The notes below the pieces were generated by a model. The model saw only the letters and a list, made by a program, of their open reading frames with translations, was not told where the DNA came from and did not search any database. Position numbers and translations under genes: made by a program. From Eledone cirrhosa (Eukaryota), in NCBI GenBank assembly GCA_964016885.1, contig CAXHJY010000696.1:1-64000 (forward strand): a stretch of DNA of 64,000 nucleotides. The letters run 5' to 3'. Shown piece by piece: positions 27,191-38,650 of the stretch. Position 1 is the first letter of the stretch. Each line of letters opens with the position of its first letter.

Positions 27191-30100
27191 GAAGGAAGGA
27201 AGCAGTGGAAGGAAGTATGTCTGTAATGATGTATTGTAGGAGGGAAGGAAGGAGTGGAAGGAAGTATGACTGTAATGATGTATTGAAGGAATGAAGGAGT
27301 GGAAGGAAGTATGACTGTAATGATGCATTGAAGGAGGGAAGGAGTGGACGGAAGTATGACTGTAATGATGTATTGAAGGAAGGCAGGAAGGAAGGAGTGG
27401 AAGGAAGTATGACTGTAATGATGTATTGAAGGAAGGAAGGAGTGGAAGGAAGTATGTCTGTAATGATGTATTGTAGGAGGGAAGGAAGGAGTGGAAGGAA
27501 GTATGACTGTAATGATGTATTGAAGGAAGGAAGGAGTGGAAGGAAGTATGACTGTAATGATGTATTGAAGGAAGGAAGGAGTGGAAGGAAGTATGTCTGT
27601 AATGATGTATTGTAGGAGGGAAGGAAGGAGTGGAAGGAAGTATGACTGTAATGATGTATTGAAGGAAGGAAGGAGTGGAAGGAAGTATGTCTGTAATGAT
27701 GTATTGAAGGAACGAAGGAAGGAGTGGAATGAAGTATGACTGTAATGATGTATTGAAGGAAGGAAGGAGTGGAAGGAAGTATGACTGTAATGATGTATTG
27801 AAGGAACGAAGGAAGGAGTGGAATGAAGTATGACTGTAATGATGTATTGAAGGAAGGAAGGAGTGGAAGGAAGTATGACTGTAATGATGTATTGAAGGAG
27901 GGAAGGAAGGCGTGGAAGGAAGTATGACTGTAATGATGTATTGAAGGAAGGAAGGAGTGGAAGGAAGTATGACTGTAATGATGTATTGAAGGAGGGAAGG
28001 AAGGCGTGGAAGGAAGTATGACTGTAATGATGTATTGAAGGAAGGAAGGAGTGGAAGGAAGTATGTCTGTAATGATGTATTGAAGGAAGGAAGGAGTGGA
28101 AGGAAGTATGACTGTAATGATGTATTGAAGGAGGGAAGGAAGGAGTGGAAGGAAGTATGACTGTAATGATGTATTGAAGGAAGGAAGGAGTGGAAGGAAG
28201 TATGACTGTAATGATGTATTGAAGGAAGGAAGGAGTGGAAGGAAGTATGTCTGTAATGATGTATTGAAGGAAGGAAGGAGTGGAAGGAAGTATGACTGTA
28301 ATGATGTATTGAAGGAGAGAAGGAAGGAGTGGAAGGAAGTATGACTGTAATGATGTATTGAAGGAGAGAAGGAAGGAGTGGAAGGAAGTATGACTGTAAT
28401 GATGTATTGAAGGAAGGAAGGAGTGGAAGGAAGTATGTCTGTAATGATGTATTGTAGGAGGGAAGGAAGGAGTGGAAGGAAGTATGACTGTAATGATGTA
28501 TTGAAGGAAGGAAGGAGTGGAAGGAAGTATGACTGTAATGATGTATTGAAGGAAGGAAGGAGTGGAAGGAAGTATGTCTGTAATGATGTATTGAAGGAAG
28601 GAAGGAGTGGAAGGAAGTATGACTGTAATGATGTATTGAAGGAGAGAAGGAAGGAGTGGAAGGAAGTATGACTGTAATGATGTATTGAAGGAGAGAAGGA
28701 AGGAGTGGAAGGAAGTATGACTGTAATGATGTATTGAAGGAAGGAAGGAGTGGAAGGAAGTATGTCTGTAATGATGTATTGAAGGAAGGAAGGAGTGGAA
28801 GGAAGTATGTCTGTAATGATGTATTGAAGGAAGGAAGGAGTGGAAGTAAGTATGACTGTAATGATGTATTGAAGGAAGGAAGGAGTGGAAGTAAGTATGT
28901 CTGTAATGATGTATTGAAGGAAGGAAGGAGTGGAAGGAAGTATGTCTGTAATGATGTATTGAAGGAAGGAAGGAGTGGAAGGAAGTATGTCTGTAATGAT
29001 ATACTGAAGGAGGGAAGAAAGGAGTGGAAGGAAGAATGACTGTAATGATGTATTGAAGGAAGGAAGGAGTGGAAGGAAGTATGACTGTAATGATGTATTG
29101 AAGGAAGGAAGGAGTGGAAGGAAGTATTCTTTAATGATGTATTGAATGAGGGAAGGAAGGAGTGGAAGGAAGTATGACTGTAATGATGTATTGAAGGAAG
29201 GAAGGAAGGAAGGAGTGGAAGGAAGTATGACTGTAATGATGTACTGAAAGAGGGAAGAAGTGGAAGTAAGTATGTATGTAATGATGAAATGAAGGAGGGA
29301 AGGAAGGAGTGGAAGGAAGTATGACCGTAATGATGTATTGAAGGAAGGAGTGGAAGGAAGTATGAATGTAATGATGTATTGAATGGGGAAGGAAGGAGTG
29401 GAAGGAAGTACGACTGTAATGATGTATTGAAGGAAGGAGTGGAAGGAAGTATGTCTGTAAGGATGTATTGAAGGAAGGAAGGAGTAGAAGGAAGTATGAC
29501 TGCAATGATGTATTGAAGGAAGGAAGGAGAGGAAGGAAGTATGACTGTAATGATGTATTGAAGGAAGGAAGGAGTGAAAGGAAGTAAGACTGTAATGATG
29601 TATTGAAGGAAGGAAGAAAGGAGTGGAAGGAAGTATGTCTGTAATGATGTATTGAAGGAAGGAAGGAGTGGAAGGAAGTATGACTGTAATGATGTATTGA
29701 AAGAAGGAAGGAGTGGAAGGAAGTATGTCTGCAATGACGTATTGAAGGAAGGAAGGAGCGAAGGAAGTATGACTGTAATGATGTATTGAAGGAAGGAAGG
29801 AGTGGAAGGAAGTATGTCTGTAATGATGTATTGAAGGAAGGAAGGAAGGAGTGGAAGGAAGTATGACTGTAATGATGTATTGAAAGAAGGAAGGAGTGGA
29901 AGGAAGTATGTCTGTAATGATGTATTGAAGGAAGGAAGGAAGGAGTGGAAGGAAGTATGACTGTAATGATGTATTGAAAGAAGGAAGGAGTGGAAGGAAG
30001 TTTGACTGTAATGATGTATTGAAGGAAGGAAGGAGTGGAAGGAAGTATGACTGTAATGATGTATTGAAGGAAGGAGTGGAAGGAAGTATGTCTGTAATGA

Positions 30101-30367
30101 TTTATTGAAGGAAGGAAGGAGTGGAAGGAAGTATGACTGTAATGATGTATTGAAAGAAGGAAGGAGTGGAAGGAAGTTTGACTGTAATGATGTATTGAAG
30201 GAAGGAAGGAGTGGAAGGAAGTATGACTGTAATGATGTATTGTAGGAAGGAGAGGAAGGAAGTATGACTGTAATGATGTATTGAAGGAAGGAAGGAGTGG
30301 AAGGAAGTATGACTGTAATGATGTATTGAAGGAAGGAGTGGAAGGAAGTATGACTTTAAGGATTATT

Positions 30368-31807
30368 GAAGGAAGGAAGGAGTGGAAGGAAATATGTCTG
30401 TAATGATATATTGAAGGAGGGAAGGAGTGGAAGGAAGTATGACTGTAATGATGTATTGAAGGAAGGAAGAAGTGGAAGGAAGTATGACTGTAATGATGTA
30501 TTGAAGGAAGGAAGGAGTGGAAGGAAGTATGACTGTAATGATGTATTGAAGGAAGGAAGGAGTGGAAGGAAGTATGACTGTAATGATGTATTGAAGGAAG
30601 GAAGAAGTGGAAGAAAGTATGACTGTAATGATGTATTGAAGGAAGGAATGAGTGGAAGGAAGTATGACTGTAATGATGTATTGAAGGAAGGAAGAAGTGG
30701 AAGAAAGTATGACTGTAATGATGTATTGAAGGAAGGAAGGAGTGGAAGGAAGTATGACTGTAATGATGTATTGAAGAAAGGAAGGAGTGGAAGGAAGTAT
30801 GACTGTAATGATGTATTGAAGGAAGGAAGGAGTGGAAGGAAGTATGACTGTAATGATGTATTGAAGGAAGGAAGGAGTGGAAGGAAGTATGTCTGTAATG
30901 ATGTATTGAAGAAAGGAAGGAGTGGAAGGAAGTATGACTGTAATGATGTATTGAAGGAAGGAAGGAGTGGAAGGAAGTATGTCTGTAATGATGTATTGAA
31001 GAAAGGAAGGAGTGGAAGGAAGTATGACTGTAATGATGTATTGAAGGAAGGAAGGAGTGGAAGGAAGTATGACTGTAATGATGTATTGAAGGAAGGAAGG
31101 AGTGGAAGGAAGTATGACTGTAATGATGTATTGAAGGAAGGAAGAAGTGGAAGGAAGTATGACTGTAATGATGTATTGAAGGAAGGAAGGAGTGGAAGGA
31201 AGTATGACTGTAATGATGTATTGAAGGAAGGAAGAAGTGGAAGAAAGTATGACTGTAATGATGTATTGAAGGAAGGAAGGAGTGGAAGGAAGTATGACTG
31301 TAATGATGTATTGAAGGAAGGAAGAAGTGGAAGAAAGTATGACTGTAATGATGTATTGAAGGAAGGAAGGAGTGGAAGGAAGTATGACTGTAATGATGTA
31401 TTGAAGGAAGGAAGAAGTGGAAGGAAGTATGACTGTAATGATGTATTGAAGGAAGGAAGGAGTGGAAGGAAGTATGACTGTAATGATGTATTGAAGGAAG
31501 GAAGAAGTGGAAGGAAGTATGACTGTAATGATGTATTGAAGGAAGGAAGGAGTGGAAGGAAGTATGACTGTAATGATGTATTGAAGGAAGGAAGGAGTGG
31601 AAGGAAGTATGACTGTAATGATGTATTGAAGGAAGGAAGAAGTGGAAGGAAGTATGACTGTAATGATGTATTGAAGGAAGGAAGAAGTGGAAGGAAGTAT
31701 GACTGTAATGATGTATTGAAGGAAGGAAGGAGGGGAAGAAAGTATGACTGTAATGATGTATTGAAGGAAGGAAGGAGTTGTAGAAAGTATGACTGTAATG
31801 ATGTATT
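30368..31807. repeat. Length-homogeneous domain: 32 consecutive 45-bp monomers with no indel
   Basis: The reading frame is held throughout (spurious 491-aa ORF 30366..31841). Only substitutions occur, mostly G>A such as AGAAGTGG, AAGAAAGG and AGAAAGT. Confidence 0.9.
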
Positions 31808-31995
31808 GAAGGAGGGAAGGAAGGAGTGGAAGGAAGTATGACTGTAATGATGTATTGAAGGAAGCAAGGAGTTGAAGGAAGTATGACTGTGATGATGTAT
31901 TGAAGGAAGGAAGGAGTTGAAGGAAGTATGACTGTAATGATGTATTGAAGGAAGGAAGGAAGGAGTGGAAGGAAGTATGACTGTAATGATGTATT

Positions 31996-33660
31996 GAAGG
32001 AAGGAAGGAGTGGAAGGAAGTATGACTGTAATGATGTATTAAAGGAAGGAAGGAGTGGAAGGAAGTATGACTGTAATGATGTATTGAAGGAAGGAAGGAG
32101 TGGAAGGAAGTATGACTGTGATGATGTATTGAAGGAAGGAAGGAGTGGAAGGAAGTATGACTGTGATGATGTATTGAAGGAAGGAAGGAGTGGAAGGAAG
32201 TATGACTGTGATGATGTATTGAAGGAAGGAAGGAGTGGAAGGAAGTATGACTGTGATGATGTATTGAAGGAAGGAAGGAGTGGAAGGAAGTATGACTGTA
32301 ATGACGTATTGAAGTAAGGAAGGAGTGGAAGGAAGTATGACTGTGATGATGTATTGAAGGAACGAAGGAGTGGAAGGAAGTATGACTGTAATGATGTATT
32401 GATGGAATGAAGGAGTGGAAGGAAGTATGACTGTGATGATGTATTGAAGGAAGGAAGGAGTGGAAGGAAGTATGACTGTAATGACGTATTGAAGTAAGGA
32501 AGGAGTGGAAGGAAGTATGACTGTGATGATGTATTGAAGGAACGAAGGAGTGGAAGGAAGTATGACTGTAATGATGTATTGATGGAATGAAGGAGTGGAA
32601 GGAAGTATGACTGTGATGATGTATTGAAGGAAGGAAGGAGTGGAAGGAAGTATGTCTGTAATGATGTATTGAAGGAAGGAAGGAGTGGAAGGAAGTATGA
32701 CTGTGATGATGTATTGAAGGAAGGAAGGAGTGGAAGGAAGTATGACTGTAATGATGTATTGATGGAATGAAGGAGTGGAAGGAAGTATGACTGTGATGAT
32801 GTATTGAAGGAAGGAAGGAGTGGAAGGAAGTATGACTGTGATGATGTATTGAAGGAAGGAAGGAGTGGAAGGAAGTATGACTGTGATGATGTATTGAAGG
32901 AAGGAAGGAGTGGAAGGAAGTATGACTGTGATGATGTATTAAAGGAAGGAAGGAGTGGAAGGAAGTATGACTGTGATGATGTATTGAAGGAAGGAAGGAG
33001 TGGAAGGAAGTATGACTGTGATGATGTATTGAAGGAAGGAAGGAGTGGAAGGAAGTATGACTGTAATGATGTATTGATGGAATGAAGGAGTGGAAGGAAG
33101 TATGACTGTGATGATGTATTGAAGGAAGGAAGGAGTGGAAGGAAGTATGACTGTGATGATGTATTGAAGGAAGGAAGGAGTGGAAGGAAGTATGACTGTG
33201 ATGATGTATTGAAGGAAGGAAGGAGTGGAAGGAAGTATGACTGTAATGACGTATTGAAGTAAGGAAGGAGTGGAAGGAAGTATGACTGTGATGATGTATT
33301 GAAGGAACGAAGGAGTGGAAGGAAGTATGACTGTGATGATGTATTGAAGGAAGGAAGGAGTGGAAGGAAGTATGACTGTAATGACGTATTGAAGTAAGGA
33401 AGGAGTGGAAGGAAGTATGACTGTGATGATGTATTGAAGGAACGAAGGAGTGGAAGGAAGTATGACTGTGATGATGTATTGAAGGAAGGAAGGAGTGGAA
33501 GGAAGTATGACTGTGATGATGTATTGAAGGAAGGAAGGAGTGGAAGGAAGTATGACTGTAATGATGTATTGAAGGAAGGAAGGAGTGGAAGGAAGTATGA
33601 CTGTAATGACGTATTGAAGGAAGGAAGGAGAGGAAGAAAGTATGACTGTAATGATGTATT
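31996..33660. repeat. 45-bp domain enriched in the GTGATGAT variant, including a 180-bp tetramer repeated twice (32281-32640)
   Basis: Constant 45-bp phase. The 60-mers at 32281, 32341 and 32401 equal those at 32461, 32521 and 32581. Confidence 0.9.
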
Positions 33661-34720
33661 GAAGGAAGGAAGGAAGGAGTGGAAGGAAGTATGACTGTAA
33701 TGATGTATTAAAGGAAGGAGGGAGTGGGAGGAAGTATGACTGTAATGATGTATTGAAGGAAGGAAGGAGTGGAAGGAAGTATGACTGTAATGATGTATTG
33801 AAGGAAGGAAGGAGTGGAAGAAAGTATGACTGTAATGATGTATTGAAGGAAGGAAGGAAGGAGTGGAAGGAAGTATGACTGTAATGATGTATTAAAGGAA
33901 GGAGGGAGTGGGAGGAAGTATGACTGTAATGATGTATTGAAGGAAGGAAGGAGTGGAAGGAAGTATGACTGTAATGATGTATTGAAGGAAGGAAGGAGTG
34001 GAAGAAAGTATGACTGTAATGATGTATTGAAGGGAGGAAGGAAGGAGTGGAAGGAAGTATGACTGTAATGATGTATTAAAGGAAGGAGGGAGTGGGAGGA
34101 AGTATGACTGTAATGATGTATTGAAGGAAGGAAGGAGTGGAAGGAAGTATGACTGTAATGACGTATTGAAGGAAGGAAGGAGAGGAAGAAAGTATGACTG
34201 TAATGATGTATTGAAGGAAGGAAGGAAGGAGTGGAAGGAAGTATGACTGTAATGATGTATTAAAGGAAGGAAGGAGTGGAAGGAAGTATGACTGTAATGA
34301 TGTATTGAAGGAAGGAAGGAGTGGAAGGAAGTATGACTGTAATGATGTATTGAAGGAAGGAAGGAGAGGAAGGAAGTATGACTGTAATGACGTATTGAAG
34401 GAAGGAAGGAGAGGAAGAAAGTATGACTGTAATGATGTATTGAAGGAAGGAAGGAAGGAGTGGAAGGAAGTATGACTGTAATGATGTATTAAAGGAAGGA
34501 AGGAGTGGGAGGAAGTATGACTGTAATGATGTATTGAAGGAAGGAAGGAGTGGAAGGAAGTATGACTGTAATGATGTATTGAAGGAAGGAAGGAGTGGAA
34601 GAAAGTATGACTGTAATGATGTATTGAAGGAAGGAAGGAAGGAGTGGAAGGAAGTATGACTGTAATGATGTATTAAAGGAAGGAAGGAGTGGGAGGAAGT
34701 ATGACTGTAATGATGTATTG
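33661..34720. repeat. 184-bp tetramer higher-order repeat (49+45+45+45), about 6 copies
   Basis: The G>A in TATTAAAGG lies at 33710, 33894, 34078, 34262, 34491 and 34675 (spacings 184,184,184,229,184). Confidence 0.92.
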
Positions 34721-34759
34721 AAGGAAGGAAGGAGTGGAAGGAAGTATGACTGTAATGAT

Positions 34760-36060
34760 GTATTGAAGGAAGGAAGGAAGGAGTGGAAGGAAGTATGACT
34801 GTAATGATGTATTGAAGGAAGGAAGGAAGGAGTGGAAGGAAGTATGACTGTAATGATGTATTGAAGGAAGGAAGGAGAGGAAGAAAGTATGACTGTAATG
34901 ATGTATTGAAGGAAGGAAGGAAGGAGTGGAAGGAAGTATGACTGTAATGATGTATTGAAGGAAGGAAGGAGTGGAAGAAAGTATGACTGTAATGATGTAT
35001 TGAAGGAAGGAAGGAAGGAGTGGAAGGAAGTATGACTGTAATGATGTATTGAAGGAAGGAAGGAAGGAGTGGAAGGAAGTATGACTGTAATGATGTATTG
35101 AAGGAAGGAAGGAGTGGAAGAAAGTATGACTGTAATGATGTATTGAAGGAAGGAAGGAAGGAGTGGAAGGAAGTATGACTGTAATGATGTATTGAAGGAA
35201 GGAAGGAGAGGAAGAAAGTATGACTGTAATGATGTATTGAAGGAAGGAAGGAAGGAGTGGAAGGAAGTATGACTGTAATGATGTATTGAAGGAAGGAAGG
35301 AAGGAGTGGAAGGAAGTATGACTGTAATGATGTATTGAAGGAAGGAAGGAAGGAGTGGAAGGAAGTATGACTGTAATGATGTATTGAAGGAAGGAAGGAG
35401 AGGAAGAAAGTATGACTGTAATGATGTATTGAAGGAAGGAAGGAAGGAGTGGAAGGAAGTATGACTGTAATGATGTATTGAAGGAAGGAAGGAAGGAGTG
35501 GAAGGAAGTATGACTGTAATGATGTATTGAAGGAAGGAAGGAAGGAGTGGAAGGAAGTATGACTGTAATGATGTATTGAAGGAAGGAAGGAGAGGAAGAA
35601 AGTATGACTGTAATGATGTATTGAAGGAAGGAAGGAAGGAGTGGAAGGAAGTATGACTGTAATGATGTATTGAAGGAAGGAAGGAGTGGAAGAAAGTATG
35701 ACTGTAATGATGTATTGAAGGAAGGAAGGAAGGAGTGGAAGGAAGTATGACTGTAATGATGTATTGAAGGAAGGAAGGAGAGGAAGAAAGTATGTCTGTA
35801 ATGATGTATTGAAGGAAGGAAGGAGTGGAAGGAAGTATGACTGTAATGATGTATTGAAGGAAGGAAGGAAGGAGTGGAAGGAAGTATGACTGTAATGATG
35901 TATTGAAGGAAGGAAGGAAGGAAGGAGTGGAAGGAAGTATGACTGTAATGATGTATTGAAGGAAGGAAGGAAGGAGTGGAAGGAAGTATGACTGTAATGA
36001 TGTATTGAAGGAAGGAAGGAAGGAAGGAGTGGAAGGAAGTATGACTGTAATGATGTATTG
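34760..36060. repeat. 49-bp-monomer-rich domain with 192-bp tetramer (45+49+49+49)
   Basis: The GAAGAAAG part of the GAGAGGAAGAAAG marker starts at 35211, 35403, 35595 and 35783 (192,192,188). 53-bp monomers appear near 35905 and 36007. Confidence 0.85.
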
Positions 36061-37714
36061 AAGGAAGGAAGGAGTGGAAGGAAGTATGACTGTAATGATG
36101 TATTGAAGGAAGGAAGGAGTGGAAGGAAGTATGACTGTAATGATGTATTGAAGGAAGGAAGGAAGGAGTGGAAGGAAGTATGTCTGTAATGATGTATTGA
36201 AGGAAGGAAAGGAGTGGAAGGAAATATGACTGTAATGATATATTGAAGGAAGGAGGGAGTGGGAGGAAGTATGACTGTAATGATGTATTGAAGGAAGGAG
36301 GGAGTGGGAGGAAGTATGACTGTAATGATGTATTGAAGGAGGGAAGTAAGGAGTGGAAGGAAGTATGACAGTAAGGATGTATTGAAGGAAGGAGTGGAAG
36401 GAAGTATGACTGTAATGATGTATTGAAGGAAGGAAGGAAGGAGTGGAAGGAAGTATGACTGTAATGATGTATTGAAGGAAGGAAAGGAGTGGAAGGAAAT
36501 ATGACTGTAATGATGTATTGAAGGAAGGAGGGAGTGGGAGGAAGTATGACTGTAATGATGTATTGAAGGAAGGAGGGAGTGGGAGGAAGTATGACTGTAA
36601 TGATGTATTGAAGGAAGGAGTGGAAGGAAGTATGACTGTAATGATGTATTGAACGAATGAAGGAGTGGATGCTAGTATAACTGTAATGATGTATTGAAGG
36701 AACGAAGGAAGGAGTGGAAGGAAGTATGACTGTAATGATGTATTGAAGGAAGGAAGGAGTGGAAGGGAGTATGACTGTAATGATGTATTGAAGGAAGGAG
36801 TGGAAGGAAGTATGACAGTAAGGATGTATTGAAGGAAGGAGTGGAAGGAAGTATGACAGTAAGGATGTATTGAAGGAAGGAGTGGAAGGAAGTATGACAG
36901 TAAGGATGTATTGAAGGAAGGAGTGGAAGGAAGTATGACTGTAATGATGTATTGAACGAATGAAGGAGTGGATGCTAGTATAACTGTAATGATGTATTGA
37001 AGGAACGAAGGAAGGAGTGGAAGGAAGTATGACTGTAATGATGTATTGAAGGAAGGAAGGAGTGGAAGGGAGTATGACTGTAATGATGTATTGAAGGAAG
37101 CAAGGAGTGGAAGGAAGTATGACTGTAATGACGTATTGAAGGAAGGAGTGGAAGGAAGTATGTCTGTAATGATTTATTGAAGGAAGGAGTTGAAGGAAGT
37201 ATGACTGTAATGATGTATTGAAGGAAGGAAGGAGTGGAAGGAAGTATGACTGTAATGATGTATTGAAGGAGGGAAGGAAGGCGTCGAAGGAAGTATGACT
37301 GTAATGATGTATTGAAGGAAGGAAGGAGTGGAAGGAAGTATGACTGTAATGATGTATTGAAGGAAGGAAGGAGTGGAAGGAAGTATGACTGTAATGATGT
37401 ATTGAAGGAAGGAAGGAGTGGAAGGAAGTATGACTGTAATGACGTATTGAAGGAAGGAAGGAGTGGAAGGAAGTATGACTGTAATGATGTATTGAAGGAG
37501 GGAAGGAAGGCGTCGAAGGAAGTATGACTGTAATGATGTATTGAAGGAAGGAAGGAGTGGAAGGAAGTATGACTGTAATGATGTATTGAAGGAAGGAAGG
37601 AGTGGAAGGAAGTATGACTGTAATGATGTATTGAAGGAAGGAGTGGAAGGAAGTATGTCTGTAATGATTTATTGAAGGAAGGAGTTGAAGGAAGTATGAC
37701 TGTAATGATGTATT

Positions 37715-38650
37715 GAAGGAGGGAAGGAAGGCGTCGAAGGAAGTATGACTGTAATGATGTATTGAAGGAATGAAGGAGTGGAAGGAAGTATGACTGTAAT
37801 GATGTATTGAAGGAGGGAAGGAAGGCGTCGAAGGAAGTATGACTGTAATGATGTATTGAAGGAAGGAAGGAGTGGAAGGAAGTATGACTGTAATGATGTA
37901 TTGAAGGAGGGAAGGAAGGCGTCGAAGGAAGTATGACTGTAATGATGTATTGAAGGAAGGAAGGAGTGGAAGGAAGTATGACTGTAATGATGTATTGAAG
38001 GAGGGAAGGAAGGCGTCGAAGGAAGTATGACTGTAATGATGTATTGAAGGAATGAAGGAGTGGAAGGAAGTATGACTGTAATGATGTATTGAAGGAGGGA
38101 AGGAAGGCGTCGAAGGAAGTATGACTGTAATGATGTATTGAAGGAAGGAAGGAGTGGAAGGAAGTATGACTGTAATGATGTATTGAAGGAGGGAAGGAAG
38201 GCGTCGAAGGAAGTATGACTGTAATGATGTATTGAAGGAATGAAGGAGTGGAAGGAAGTATGACTGTAATGATGTATTGAAGGAGGGAAGGAAGGCGTCG
38301 AAGGAAGTATGACTGTAATGATGTATTGAAGGAAGGAAGGAGTGGAAGGAAGTATGACTGTAATGATGTATTGAAGGAGGGAAGGAAGGCGTCGAAGGAA
38401 GTATGACTGTAATGATGTATTGAAGGAAGGAAGGAGTGGAAGGAAGTATGACTGTAATGATGTATTGAAGGAGGGAAGGAAGGCGTCGAAGGAAGTATGA
38501 CTGTAATGATGTATTGAAGGAAGGAAGGAGTGGAAGGAAGTATGACTGTAATGATGTATTGAAGGAGGGATGGAAGGCGTCGAAGGAAGTATGACTGTAA
38601 TGATGTATTGAAGGAAGGAAGGAGTGGAAGGAAGTATGACTGTAATGACG
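37715..38650. repeat. 94-bp dimer higher-order repeat (49-bp GCGTCG monomer + 45-bp monomer), 10 copies
   Basis: GCGTCG at 37731, 37825, 37919, 38013, 38107, 38201, 38295, 38389, 38483 and 38577, an exact 94-bp period. Confidence 0.95.

Noticed and set aside
30366-31841. 491-aa plus-strand ORF of (KEGRSGRKYDCNDVL)n and many shorter equivalents, resembling a Cys-containing repeat protein
   Set aside because: 45 bp is 15 codons, so one frame stays open wherever no indel occurs. The start is an incidental TTG inside a monomer, and frame-breaking 41/49-bp units are common elsewhere.
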